Origin: Lingula anatina
Lineage: Eukaryota > Animalia > Brachiopoda
Direction of reading: 5' to 3'
DNA length: 64,000 bases
Assembly: GCA_051362555.1 (NCBI GenBank)
Contig: CM120646.1
Coordinates: 20,646,001-20,710,000, forward strand
The notes beneath the pieces were generated by a model. The model worked only from the letters and a program-made list of their open reading frames with translations, was not told the origin of the DNA and searched no databases. Below, piece by piece: positions 23,514 through 38,246 of the stretch (position 1 is its first letter; every line of letters begins with the position of its first letter). The position numbers and the translations under genes were made by a program.

Positions 23514-25001
23514 CCTGCCAAACAAGGTCGAATTAACTCTTTAATGGGTAAATTTTGAAAACATAAGATCGTTTCAATTCCTTGATTTTGCTAAATCTCC
23601 CCCCCGCTGTTAATATGACTTCACTTAAATACCAACAAAGGGGGGGGGGGATGCAGATCTGTGACAAATTTATTTTAACGGCCCTAGGAATACCTTTGCA
23701 TTACGTAAGGTACTGCAGACTGCAAACCTTTGATCATTAATTACGCTTATAAATATTCATCGATGATTTGCGGTTTTTGCAGTTCCTACTGTATTTTTCA
23801 TTTATATTTTTCTTTTTCGTCTGGGTATCGGTGGTGCAAACGGAGACCCCTTATTCAAAAGATACGTGGAAATTATTAAGATTTGGTAAACAGCAACGGT
23901 AATTGAAAAGGGGGTCTACGCTAATGCACAATCGTGCTAGTGAATCTCTGTACTTTATTTGCTTCACTAAAATACGCGCCTTTGTGATCGCAGTGTGAAC
24001 ATAGAGGTTCCGGAAGTACTATAAGGTATGGCAGCTTGCGACTACCCAATAACTATTCATGGCATTTAAACAGCGCGGAGTACAAATATACTTTTCAGCA
24101 TTTAGTATAAACTGACTCTCTCCTCCTCTTCTGTTAGGGTTGTTTATTTGTATTTGGTGTATATTCAATGCGAAAAGGTAAATTTTAATGAAATCTACTA
24201 GCCAACATGGACACTAACTGTGCTTGGTCCTCAGGCAATTCTATGGTTTTAACTGAACCTGTACATTATACCAGTGAATATTGTACTTTTACTCCTACAC
24301 ATACCCTCGGCGTGGACTTATTAAGTTTTTAAATTCTTAATATTAAACGGAATATTTTAATCAATATTAAAATACATTACTTGTAAGATTATAGGTAATT
24401 TTAATAAACAGCAACCACATTATGTTAATTTGCATGTTTAATCCCTCGATCAATAAGAGTATGCTGAGTAAGTTTGGTTAAACCAAAGATCGGTTTGAAG
24501 AAATGAATGAAGCAAATGTTTTGCGATATGATCTTTATTTTACGATTCCTTAGAGCTTCAATTAATAAACACACATCTAGTTTTTGTTACAGACAGATTA
24601 ATCTTTATACCAGCGTTTTAATTAGCTTATCTTATCACAATACACAGAACATAATTTTAAAACATGGGTTTGATATGAAATATAAATAGTTCAGATTTGA
24701 CTCATACATAACAAAGTTCATCTAGCTGGGCCGTCACATGCTACAGTAGAGAACAATTAAAATGGGATAGAAAGACGAAGTCAGGTATACGCCTCCTGTA
24801 CTAGAAGGTGCACTTTTACATCGGAAATAAAATTTATCATGATCTCTTGTCAAGAAATGGACGTGAAATCAAATGTTGAATCAACATTTTTGTCCTAAGG
24901 CATATGGGTCATTCTCGATAACGCCATTGCTGCTGCGATGGCCTAATAAATCATACAGTATGTATTGTCTCTTTGTCGTTTTCCCTTGCTCTAGGCGCCG
25001 C

Positions 25002-28000
25002 CTACAAATAACTACAGCCAAGGTAAAGTACGGTGTTTATAGTGTTGCTGGGAAGACCACTTATCTTGTTGGAAGTGCCCCTAAAATTATACGGTGATGA
25101 CGTTTCACTATAAGTTGGTCTAATTGACATTTCATAAACCGGCGAGTATGGTGGACTTATCTGTTACAGCTCTTTAATAATTACAAACAGTGAAACAGTC
25201 TGCCGGCTTAGGAAATTTACAAGAAAATAATTTTAAAGGCTGTAGTGAGGACAAAACGTGCAGAGTTTTTCTGTTCTTTCTTCTCATTATCCCCCTGCAC
25301 CAAAAAAGGGAGCAAACTGAGACAACAACCATGCATATTGTTTCTCCTTGTGCCCCGTGCAGCAAAGTAAAAATTGAACCCGTCTGCTATTTAAATATTT
25401 GCCGGAGAAAGTAACGGAATGTTTTCAACCCTCTGACTCACTCCCCCTAATCAAGAAGCTGGACTCGCCAGGTTTCTCCACACTGCATACTCACTACATG
25501 CTAGTAGGCTATATACGTACCAGTTGATGAGGAAGGACTTGACGTCGGCAACTGTAGCATAGTCGACCACACTCAGGTACAGAGCACACACCCCGGCCTG
25601 GAGAGAGAGAGAGAGAGAAAAAAACAGGGAGTAAAAGTATATAATATATGTATTGAGTTATATAAGTGGGCTGAGCCGAGAGGTGGGTATTAGCCCCCCA
25701 CCCCACCCCCCACCCCCCCACCCACACACACACACGCACGCACGCACACGAATTTTTCTGACAAACAAATATTTGGATACTAATGCATGACATGTAAATT
25801 TGTTGTTTTAAGCATACACATCTTCTTCGCCTGAAGCGACAATGATATGAACGTTAAACACTGGGGAAATCAGTAAAAAATTTACAATAATGAAGAAAGA
25901 AAACTGTTTTACTTGTTATCGCAATATCAAGTATGAAAGTTCAGCTTTATATTAAGGTTTACATACCGTAAAAGGCGAGGAAAAAGATGTGCCTAAAATA
26001 AAAATACATACATGTAACGAAGTGTCAGCGAGCGCCGTGCATATTAAAGCTGTTGAAAGTAAAGATAGGGACTAAAGGCATCAAAGCGCAAGGATGTCTG
26101 GAGAGTTTTAGATAACACTGCATCAAATGCACTGCAACTTCAACACAGGACAATCATATATTATTATTGTAAAATTTTGAAAGAGTACTGCAGGTGTAGC
26201 AGCTGTGTAAATTACTGTAACAGCCACCCCCTGAAGAATGTAGAAGTCACCGTTATCGGTACAGATTCTATTACTACTACTACTACTACTACTACTACCT
26301 GTACTATTACATTTGATTTATATTATTAATAATTTATATTATTAATACAATTATTATTACATATTATTATATTATAAATATAATTATTATATTATTATAA
26401 TAATATTATAATGCTAATACTACTATCACTCACCGTTATCTTGTCTTATAGCGTAATCTGTGGCTGTGCCAGCACCAACAATTTTGCTGCCCTGAGGGAA
26501 AGATGATGCAATTTTCTTATATCAACGCTGGGCAGTACTTACAGTGCACAAAAAACCAAAAAGCAAAATTCAAATTGAGTAAATCTCTGTCTTGCCTGAA
26601 TTCCGATAAAATATATCATGGAGCAGCATACAAAGCGTCACTGGAGAATTACAGGCAGTTTTCAAAATCTAAAAGTGAGCAAGGGGATATTTCAGTATGC
26701 CGAATATGTTTTTAAATGATCCCCGTACACATCAGTATAATTCCCAATGGGTATTTAACATTATAAACATATATATTATCTTAAAAATGCCATATTCCGG
26801 GTCGGGGTGGGGGGGGGGGGGAGGGAGAACAGATGGTCGCGTGGGCCTATTTGAGCCTCGGAGTTACAATGCTCACTGTACCTACTTTTCCCGCAAAAAA
26901 AAAGAAATGTTCAGCCAAAAAATACATTGCCCCATCAATGTTCATCACATCAGACAAATTGTAATGAAACTCTCGACGTCTATTGAATTATATTCGCTGA
27001 GAGGATTTTTATTCTTGTATCCAATCGCCCCGTACGAAACTTGGCAAGTTTTTATCTAAATTAAATTAAATTATAATAAAAATGTAAAGAAAATCAATAA
27101 AGCAAAAAAAAGAAACCACGAAAAGGAGAAACGGATCCACACTGTGAGTACAAGAAGACTTACCGGGGCTATGATGTCAACGCATGGTCCATAGTTGGAA
27201 AACGAAGCTGCAAACACGTCATAAGGACCCGAGGCGCCCACAGCAACCCTGAGGAAAAATACCGAGAAATCCGGGATCTGATATAGTGTGTTTGTTCATA
27301 GTGTAATGTTATGTGAATAAATGAAAATTCAAATAGGAAAATGCCTGTATAACGTCATCATCATTTCTTTTACGTAGGCCTTATATCGAAAGTTGTGACC
27401 ATAACAAAAAATATTTCAAAAGTAGTTTAAATTAAACATTTGATTGTGTGCCTAAGCATACGGGAGACGGCAATAGAAAGTGTGACAGATGTGAAAGAAA
27501 ACCTATAAGATAAACATGTAAACGTAGAGTCAAAATCCGTGTTTCAAGCGTGTTTGTGTTTGTATGCGTGTGTGTGAGAGAGAGAGTGAGAGAGAGAGGG
27601 GGAGCACTCACACGTGTTCTGAATATCCGGGTGTAGTGTCGCAGGCATCTGCTTTATTGTTTCCAGCCGCACCAACCACCACAATGCTCTGAAATTGCAA
27701 AAGTTAAGCAAAAAAAAAAAAAAAATCAACCACGGAAACAGTTCCTTTGCAGTATACGTTAAATCACCTCACATTTGTCTAGCACAATAATGCTTTTTTT
27801 AAATATATATCAAAATACCCACCTTTCACCGGTTAAACTGAACTCACCGCATTTTCTGCTGCCTCCAAAGCATCACCAATGAGATTGGATACAAACGGCG
27901 CAGACACAGATAAACTGTAACGTAGAAATAGTGGCTAGAATGTGTGGAATTTAAGGCAAATCGGGCGAATTCTAAGGAAGACATATACCATGGAATTTAT

Positions 28001-31000
28001 TATGTCGTGCTTATACATTTCATTAGATCGATACGTGTCATTAAAACGCGTCACCTGTTTCATTCAATATGAAAAATGCCTTGCTAGCAGGTAGCAGGCA
28101 GTGGTCATGTCCTCAATTATGGCTATCCATTACCTTTAGTAATGATTCTCCATGATTAAATTGTGATAAAAAATCCAACTACGGACCCTAACATACACCC
28201 TTGTCTACCGTGTTCGTGAGGATAGGGGCGTTCTGTACAGACTTACTTAATGATGCATCTCCCGGTCACCGCTGTACGGTTGGCGCAGTCCTCCACGGCA
28301 AACCCTATGGCGTCAACGAGGCCGCTTAAAAATTAAAAACGATGAGACAAAATAGGACCATGTTAGTTTGTTTAAGCAGTCTGTACTACTATAAATTGAA
28401 AGAAGAGTGTTGTTTGTTTTGAATAAAGGTTGGGTTGAGTGAACGAAAGAGCGTACAGTTCTCTACATTTTTCTTCTATTCGGTCGCCTGAAAGATGAAA
28501 CTATAGAAGTGCGTGTATGAAGTACACACTGAAGCGGTAAAAGTTAAAGAATTCATTTCGGGACATTTACAACCACGCTTCACTGAAACGTCCAAGTCAC
28601 CAAATACCTTTCCCTTTAAAGTGTTGTCTCTTCTTGGTTACAGGCTTTTAAGATGTGTGAATGAAACTGGTGTGAATGAAACTGGTATTTCATTTTACTT
28701 TACTCACAGCTGTACTTACTCTATGGTCCCTGTCCCATGCGAATTGAGGACCTTGACAGATACCAACATAGTCCCTGGTGCAACACCGTAATGTTTACCT
28801 CCAACAAGACCTGGCAGAAGATAGACCACCAATATGAAATAAATTAGCTAGTACCCTAGCCTCAAGAGCTGCGAAATTTATCTCAAAATACATAAAACGA
28901 TATCTGGTCTTACGGCACCTTTAAAAAACCTAAGACAACCATATAATTTAGTGCCAAAAAGATCTGATGCCTACATGTATATATATCATTTTCCTACTAT
29001 TAATTCAGCTCATTACATAAATTATGTATGCCGTAACGAGGAAAAATGTAACTGCTGTTCTAATGTTGATATTCTACTTTTAAGGTAGAGTTAATATCTG
29101 AGGGCCAGTGTTTATTTCAAGCAACGAATAATGTTAATCTGCACATGCGCATCTTCATAAACCATCAATTCAAAACAATTAAAAATTGCAGATATACTTA
29201 AATGTTACTAAATTATCTATTCAGTCATGTATGTTTGGGGAGAACTCTTTTCTGCACAAAATCCATTAGCATTCCTAGTAGCTGTTTGTCGCCATTTGCC
29301 TGCTAAATATCAAAGCCATTCTTGGACTTACTGGCCACTAAGGTCCCGTGTCCATAATTATCCTCTGTGCTAGGAGTCGTTTCTCCGGAGTCCTCCTTCA
29401 CGAACACATCCTGTCCATATAAAACAATCCCTGTAAGCCAAATTTCGCACCGAATGTGTTCTCAACCACTTTCACACCTAACACAATTCAACCAAAACTT
29501 CCCACCGTTTTTTGGCAAAAATACCAAAGCAGACTGTTAGGCCCCTACTAGGGCTTATTTTTCAAGTTGTACGTCAATATTTACATATAATTTATATTTA
29601 CCAGGTTTTTAAAAGCTTATTTTGCTCAAAGAGAATGTGGGTTTATACACCTAAAACACTCTGACATAAGGTAATGTTTGTTTATGCGTCAATGGCCCGT
29701 TTCAGATCGAGCAGTTCAGTTTTCTGCATCGTATCAGTTTGTCTGTGCCTTCTACGTGTATGTAATCAAGCTGGATGGGGATTGGTGGCTGGCGTGGGGT
29801 GGGGAGCCCAAAAATGCAAAGATGTCTGTCTGTCTGTCTGTCTGTCTTTTTTTCTATCTGACTTACCCCTGCAATGACGCGTCCCTCAAACTGAGAATGG
29901 CTGGCACGAATTCCGCTTTAATATCGAAGAGATGTTGCAAATAAAATTTAACTTTAATGGCGACAAAAGGCACTTAAATCGTCTTTTCAAGTCACAAACA
30001 TTCATTTTCACAAAACGATAGTGATTAAATACAGTAGTGAACAATAGTAAACGTACTTATACAAAAATATAATTACAAAATAGGAAAAGATATCTTGAAT
30101 TTGCCATTGATATTTAATTGATCTTCGTGTTCAGTGCATGATGGCCGACAAGACATGCATTGATGCATTTTAAATTGATTTATAAGCAATGACAGAGTCT
30201 ATACTTACGAATCAATGACGTAAACGTAAGTGTTATGACCATCGTTTCCTGAACAGAAAAAGAAACAGTATTTTAATAACATGGGAATGAAGTCCCGCAA
30301 AAGTGAAGTTCTGCTAGCAAAGGATTTGTCCATAAATGAAAATATGGTGCAGATCTTTATGACGGATGCCACATATCACCAAAAGAAACCACGGGAATTA
30401 CTGAAAAAACAATTGCAAAAATATTTTGGACAGTAAACCTGAGATTGCTTCTGTCCTACTTGGGCAAAACCCTGCCCCTACACGTATATTCTACATACAC
30501 ATAAAGGAACGGAAATTATTTTAAAAACTTGATGATTGATTGCTATAAAATTCAGGGCAGGCTGTTTGAAAAGAAAAAAAGATGAGAAAGGGTGTTATCG
30601 AAATGTTGCATGGCAAAATACAGCCATGTTTAGTTTGAATGTACGGAGTGCTTTGCGTTGAAAAATGCATTGCGTTTCAATTGAAAAATTCAGTTAAATC
30701 ACAGAATCAATGATTCGTAGTTTGTTTGTTATGTATATTGTGTTACATACCTATGCTCTTAAACTTGTTGTCAAGTCCATATTCTCGCTTGTCTAATCTG
30801 TCCATAGCCTGGGTGGAAAAAAGAAAGGAGAATATAGAATAAATAAATATGGCATCATTTTACTTATTTTGTAATCTTTCAAGCATCAAATAGTAAAGTG
30901 GGTGTTTCACTCGTATTTCTTTTTCTTTTTTTTTTTTTTTTGGGGGGGGGGTAGAAGGGGATGATCAGAATTGAAACAAGGAGCACGTGTCCTTGGTGAC

Positions 31001-34000
31001 CCCCTCCTGTAAAATAACGACTGCCTATCGAGTAGAAACCCAGCCATGAGGCCTGTTCAGACGCGTTCAGACCTTTAAAACTTGAAACAAGCGTAGAATC
31101 TAAACATAACTTACCCAGGACCCGATGCCCGTAAGCCCCCGATCATCACACCAAGCGCTTGCTTCTATCACGCCATTTTGTTCTATGTAGTCAACTGCGT
31201 TGTCGAATGCAAGCTCTTCTATGGCACTAAAGCCGATAAAAACCAACACCATTATTAAGTGATATATACTGGTACGTATTAAAAAAAGAAGAGGAATAAC
31301 AAGCAATCTTCCTATTCATCTTTTTATTTTTTATCTTCTTATCCCTGGCTACAGCCCTGTTTACTTCCCTTTCTAATTTTATTTAATTTATCCGGAAAAT
31401 CACAACTTTCAGCGTAAAATCATCATAATTGGTTATTCCATATGGGCTCATTGATGAAATATTCTTAATGTTTTCCACCAGTTAAATATAACTGATGTTT
31501 ATATTACCAGCTGTTCAAGGCACGAAGATCCTGTCATATAAATAGGTCTATAAGATTATCGGAGGCCATACACATATTCAGACAAAAGACAATGGAGAAA
31601 ATGAACGCCCATTTATCACTTACCTGAACTCTGCTTCCATGGTTACAAATTTGTGTTTACCAACTTTTTTCTTCTTTTTCAGCTTCGGGGCTTTCTTTGC
31701 TTTCTTGGCTTTGCTGTAGCCTTTCACCTTTACGTCCAGCATATTTGCCGTTTGATCAACTAAAACAATAAAAAAATGTTTATTTCTGAGTTTTTTTCTT
31801 CAGTATACACCGACGGATGTTCACCTTGAGGTAAAGCGGTCTCTGGAGTCTTATCCCTCTACTACCGTATGTATATTGTGAGATTTCAGGGGGTTCACTC
31901 TGGTAAGGGGTTGAGGTGAATTCGCCATTTTGTGAAGATAAAAATGGAGGAGCTAGATCCCCCCCCCCTCCGCCTCCCTGATTCCCTTATAAGTCACACA
32001 AGTGCACGTAACACATATCTAACTTCTGGCTAAAACACATTGGCAAACAATAAATAATTATATCTCCATGACCAAACGTTCTTACTACATTAACTATATA
32101 TTCAGGATTTGTGAAATATAAATAATAGTGATAACAAGAAAAGCTTTTTAAGCAACCAAAGACATCGACTGCGCTAATGGAATACGTACGGTCTAGGTAG
32201 TCCTTCATTTTTACAATGTAAGTCGTACCATCACCGGCAGGGCGCGCCACCTTTCGCAGTTTCATTTTCGCTATCTTCGGTTTGATCTTGCGCTTTTTCA
32301 TCTTGAAATCCGCCGGCAGCTGGGGCCGTCCGGCCACACCAAACAGCTCGGGAGGCATCAGCCGAGCCATGTGGTCAACATCCGTTTCTGTGAAGGGTGA
32401 AATAAATAAATATTAACTTTTTTAAAATTAGAATTAAATTAAAATTAATTTGCTGATGTGGGGTGGAGCAGTGATGATTAATTTGTATCTTGTGTAAGGG
32501 TAGTAAAAAGGTATATTGTTTTTGCGGGAACTAAACAAATGTATGGAATATAAAGCGGCAGATTCACAGTGCACAACTGGAACGTGCACTTTGACCATTT
32601 CTTGATCATTTTGGAATAGGTCATGATTTTGGAGATTGTGAACATTTTTTTCTATCTAATTGAAAGCAAACTTATTTAGATAAATAGATAACACTTCATT
32701 GAGTGAGAAAGCATGTTTTGTGGAGTCTGGAGTATATCTGTTTTACTGTTTGTTGATCTAAGGAAAGACATTTTGAGATTGTCCCTCGCAAAAAAAAATG
32801 TGGTGGACGACAGCCCCCATTCTTGCTTTCCAACAAACTACTTAGATATAACATTCCATGTATCAATCAATGGAATTAAAAAAAAAAGGTTATTGTCCCT
32901 ATCTTTTCAGCTTTTTAATATACTTATTGTCTGGTCGGGTAAATTTTTAGACAGCCCCTAAATAAAGGACTCTTTACTCCTATTATCGTTACCCAAAATA
33001 AACCTGTTCAGTATTGAAATTCCGCGCTTTGACGAAAAACACTTCTTCACGGTGAAAAAAATTCAATCTCAGTTTTTTTTTTTTTAATGATGATTTATCT
33101 TAAACTAACTCACCTCTTGAGGGCCCCACACCACTGATCACAATGCTACCACTTGTCAACTTGCTGTCTAAATTTCCTGGGGCTTTTTTCTTGGGTTTCT
33201 TATCCTTCTTTGTATTCTTGGCACCAGCATCTACATTGAAGGATATGAAAAATAAACGAAGGGCAAAGGGGAAAGATTAACAACTGACGTACTGCGTATA
33301 CAGATAAAAAGAAAGGGGAAAGTAATGCTCATACTTTTATATTGACATTTTTCTCATACAAGTATCGTTGTACTATTTATGAACCTTGTAGGGTGTTGGG
33401 TGTTTAATCAAAACGTTTAACACTTACGATGGACAAAAACATATGAGTAAACCTCATTAAAATATAGTCCAGTGCCCATCCACTACTGTGGTATTGTCGG
33501 TGGATATAGCTTCGTAAATTTAAATTAATAGCTGGCGTTATGGCGAATTCGTGCTTACCGATACAGATTAATTGAGGACGGTTTGGTTGTCGCCTAAAAT
33601 GAGGAGAGTCTGACGGATATGTCGCCCCAGTCAATATCGTACTCTGTATGGAATTGAATGGCACACTTTCGTGTTATTTAACAAGGCGATTTATTCTTTA
33701 TCAGTAGACCTCCTCCCCCTCCCCCCCCCCCCCCCCCAAAAAAAAAGTCAATCTTTTTTTTTCGTTTATTTGCACCGAATCTAAGCCTCCCTTCTTAATC
33801 TATAATCTACTGTACCCAAAGAAGGATTAAAAACGCTATGCACCAGTCCTTAAAAAATTAAATTGGTCTTAATTACTAGATGAAAAAACTTAGCCTACTT
33901 CAGTCCAAGCAAACTTTAACATTTTAAGTACAGTATGGACTGAACCATTAGCAATGACTTTACTTTTATAAGACAGGGGCAGTGCTTAATATAATCGAAC

Positions 34001-34934
34001 TGCAACCAATAATATGTCGAAGTAGACCGGAATTTTGGTATTAAAGTTTAAACTTGTCCTCCTCTCCACCATCCCCTCCCTCCCTCCCTCCTTCAAGAGC
34101 TTCTTTCAAATGAAAATGCATTGCCATAGTCTAAATGTCCCAGTCACTGACGTTACAAACACTGATAATTACGGTTGAGCCTAGTTTAACACAACATCCC
34201 ACTTCGAAAGTGAGAGATTGGTGACTTAATGCCCTGGCTATAACGTAAGAGAGTCACAAAACAGAGCCTCCGAGATCGACACTGCTCGACCGACTACACA
34301 CCCTGCTAAGACTAATTGCACAGGCAGAGTATCATGTGAAAGACCCACATCTCAAATTGTCGCCACGCGTACAAAGGCGAGACGTGAGCAGTCACAGTGC
34401 ATACCCGGTATATTATTTGCTTTCTTTTTAAGATTATCAGTCCACCGGCAATAGTACACTTTCTCAAACACCTATGGCAAACTCGTGTTTATTTGATATT
34501 GACACTTATAAGATAATACACCTAGATCAAAAGGATCAAAAGGAAAAGGATAAATAAGAGAAGGGCACGGCCTTCGAGTGGAAAATTAAACCTATTCCTA
34601 CAAAGCGTACCATGTCTGAGAGTGGCAGGCCTATGCACTACCCTCTCCAGGGCCACAGGTTGATTTTGTACTTGATATTCACAGCTATGTCGTTATTACC
34701 TATTTTTACACCTTTCTCTACAGTAGAATTTTTTTAAGGAATTATTTACATCACCCGACTGGCCTATAACGTAGAGTACCTGTATACAGTCTAAGCACGC
34801 CCGCGTCACACAATTCGACACAAGAGGTATTCACTCGATGTGATTTCACTCAAAAACTCAATTTTCCTACCTTGTATGCAGGATCCCAAGATCGCAAGAA
34901 GAATTAAGACGACAAGAAGATCGCGCGACTTCAT
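25002..34934 (-). CDS. Secreted subtilisin-like serine protease, S8A proteinase-K/aqualysin type with I9-like propeptide; 18 exons, 496 aa
   Basis: Exons 34934-34871, 33230-33114, 32387-32190, 31759-31624, 31226-31115, 30808-30751, 30248-30209, 29915-29867, 29410-29332, 28810-28720, 28324-28247, 27914-27848, 27688-27612, 27248-27164, 26491-26434, 25992-25967, 25597-25521, 25080-25002. All are GT-AG with compatible phases, total 1491 nt. Signal peptide MKSRDLLVVLILLAILGSCIQ; TYIVKMK...VDYIEQN (I9); SWAMDRLD; catalytic VYVIDSG, GHGT and GTSFSSPFTAG; oxyanion AAGN; FSNYGPCVDIIAPG. Confidence 0.92.
26269..26425. repeat. (TAC)n / (ATT)n low-complexity tract in a protease intron
   Basis: Direct reading. 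Confidence 0.85.
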
Positions 34935-37900
34935 TTCCTTGTATTTGTATGGACTGATCCAGCAAACAACAGTGTTTTTAACGCAGACTGTAGCAGTCAT
35001 TCGTTTAAATAGTACGTCTTCTTTATGTTAATGGGTATAATAGCTTTTAATTAACTTAACTTAAAGAAGAGTAAATGTAGACATAAAATGTACGTTTCGC
35101 TGATTTATGGACTGTAAATAACACTTAGCGCATTACAAAAACACACACATATCCCTTTATCCGGGTCGTCTTTAAAGAAAAAAAAAAAGAAAGTTTAAAT
35201 GACATATTTTAAGCAGCAATTTTTCGAACGACGTAAAGTAATTACACTGTAATGGTTATAAAGAAACAGGTATTTTTCAGGTGGCACGAATGGGTGCAGA
35301 ATCAAAAGGGGAGAGGATGGTATTCATGCTTTATGTTATTAGCTTATACTAGAGTCGATGGATGAATAGATTTTTTTTCTATAAAATGTCTCGACGGTGC
35401 ATCCGTTTGACTAAATACTAGTACATATACTGAAAAAAGTATACACAAAGAGAGAAGGAAACAAAAAGTGCACAATGAAACTGAGAATATGTGTTAAAGT
35501 TTCCGTTATTTTTAATAAAATCAGTTACGAAGGTATTTAGAAAAGACTAATTGTGTGTGATATCCTAGCAAACAATTATAACCGTATACAATCACGTGTC
35601 AATTAGCATACTACGTCGGTTCTGACGTCATCAACAAGTCTACTGCGCATATACTGTGATCACATCAACACTTTGAAAGGGACCATTTCCACAGATATTT
35701 GGATCGATCTACGCAGAACGGGGCCTAATAAACATAACACGGCACTTTGTATATGATGTTTATTTTGCTATCTTTTACAACCAAATTCCTTCAGCTAATT
35801 TGCGACATCTACTTCATATTCCATCATATACATGCACTTATAGTGGAACGACAGGGACAATTACATTGCTTCAACAGTGTATTGCTCACCCGGCATTCAG
35901 TCGGGATTACGCTACCGAATAATGATGGCGCTGATTTTTCAATTCACTGTCACCACCACCACCACCTCTTTTCGCCTGTCAAATTATTACACATTCTGTT
36001 CAATGACTGTGACAAAATCGTCACGACTGTATTGTCGAAAATCATTTGGGAATACTTAAATCAACTTTTGTTATAGGGGATGTTCATGATGTTATGGAAG
36101 ATGCTTATCTCTTTTGATGGGATACATACGGGTAGGTAGCATTTTCACAGCTGTTTGTCGTATTCCTGTGCACTACACATCCGTAGATTACCTTGGTGAA
36201 ATAAGTGAAGATCAGGGTAAAGGTTTCCATTGCTCACATACACGTTCATTTTGATAGCACTCGTGTATTTTCCTCTCCTATCCAAGAAAAATCCCTCTCT
36301 CGTCGTAAAATCTCTGATTGTTACATTAAATCCCGTATTCCGTTCGTGTATGAACTTTAATCTTTTAACAATAATGTAAAACCTGATACGTACCAGAAAC
36401 AGACAAATGATGCTGAACAAGCACAAATTGCCTCATTCTTACACCAAATCCTCTTTAATGAGCGGGCGCGGCTTACAGTCATAGGTAGATTAAATTACAC
36501 TTGGGTACCTGTAAAAGGAACTACGAAGACAATGACGATGACAGGGACACAGCAAAATAGGTTCACACCTTTATCCACAAAGTCGTCGGGAGAGAATTAA
36601 AACGTTCCATCTCAATTTTCACGGTTTTGAGAAAGAACCATAGTACAAACTTTATACGCAAATAAGCAACGCAGGGAAGTACATGTACTGTAGGGCAACT
36701 GCCCAGCTTCTAGTGATACCGATAACTTCAAAAGTAAAATAAGAAAAGTATATAATTCTTATCCGACGAAGTGTTTAAGTTTACAATTGTGTTCCTGGTC
36801 ACTGCATTATCTATCACCCTCAACAGACGTTGGTTTATTGTATACGATATCCCAATTCTATATCGTTTCCGCCCTATTGCGTTTCCTGCAAAACAGCGAT
36901 TGTTATGATGTCAACGACTGAATAAACATCGATGATTGCCGTATAAGTCTGTGTCATGAAGTTGTCAATTCATCTGTGTTCACCTCACATAGTCATAATG
37001 ACACAAATGTCGCTTCTGCTTTCTTTTCTTATTGTCGTACCAGATCTGCGACCGTTCCGACTCGCACAACTTGCAAAATATTTATATTGTTAACAAAGAT
37101 CAACAAAATAAGCATTTTTCACGCCGCGCCTCTCAATGAAATGTAATAGATTAAGACTGCCAATTGTCAACGCAGCGATTGAATAGAAAGCGTGGTTTGT
37201 TACATGAGCGAATGCTGGCCCTTGCAGCACGGACGTCGGCATGCGTCACCACTGAACGCTGTTATTATTGATGATAAACATATGTTATTACAGCTCCTCA
37301 ATGGAGTCCGTGGGTGGAGACAGCGCCAAGGTTGTATATTTAGTTCCAGGGGACTGGACTGTCGTCTCACTGGCCTGCTTGAAGGAACAAGAGAGCGGTA
37401 AGTTTGGGAGTGAATCTGACTCGAAGTCCGGAGGTAACGTACGAAACTTAATTTGTAAGTTAATTTATCTTGGTAGATCTATAATATGAATAGCAAGGTT
37501 CGACTAAATTGCTCCTTTGGTCTTTTCACATAATGGCATTCACTGTATAAATATATATGACAGCTATAGTCAGCCGAGTTGTTAGAACTAGAAGAATCAA
37601 AATTTTCTGTAATCTATCCGGACTTTATTTAACTTTGTCTATAGAAAATCAGGTTATGTTAACTTTTAATCTGACGTTGGCCTCAACATGCGCACATGAT
37701 TGCTTTGAATCCAAGATGGTTTTAGCTTTACGACGTTACTAGTAGAAAAGCCGGACGCACATTCCATTTTGAAAACGTCAACAGCACAATGCAACCTTTA
37801 TTTCAATAGCGAAAGAAGCACGGTTCAAGTTCTTTGGCTCTCTTTTCCCCCCACAACAATAGCGCTTCCGTTTATCGATACGCGTAGCTAGCTAGCTCTA

Positions 37901-38078
37901 TATACAAGGATGTGAATTTCCGATACTCAGCCTGCTACACTTAAGACGCTAGCATGGGCCTGAGAAGGCAGCAGTCGTATTTTCTGCTCGGGTAATAATT
38001 TCTACGTATACAGGGCCCAAGTTTCTGAGCACATCTTGGTTCAAGATCCATTTGAACATGGCGCAACAGGTAGCAGTG

Positions 38079-38246
38079 CAGGCCCGTAGCCAGGGCGGGT
38101 TCGGGGGGTTCGAAAGAACCCCCCTTTTTGCTGGAAAAAGGTCCACTCTGGGTAAAATTTGACCTAGGTACATGGGGATTATATGGTAAAAGGTCCACCT
38201 TTTCAGAAAAAGAACCCCCCCTTTGAAATTGCTGGCTACGGGCCTG
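38079..38246. mobile_element. Palindromic MITE, 15-bp TIR, 5-bp target duplication
   Basis: caggcccgtagccag (38079-38093) and ctggctacgggcctg (38232-38246), flanked by CAGTG at 38074-38078 and 38247-38251. Confidence 0.8.

Noticed and set aside
26020-26230. Possible protease exon after the acceptor-like ttcttcag at ~26231
   Set aside because: The frame I read has no subtilase motif and contains stops. The 26-nt exon 25992-25967 supplies GTS in the correct phases.
35747-37742. Several 60-110 aa ORFs between the protease and the LPMO-chitinase
   Set aside because: No recognisable domains or consistent splice chain. More likely promoter or UTR sequence.
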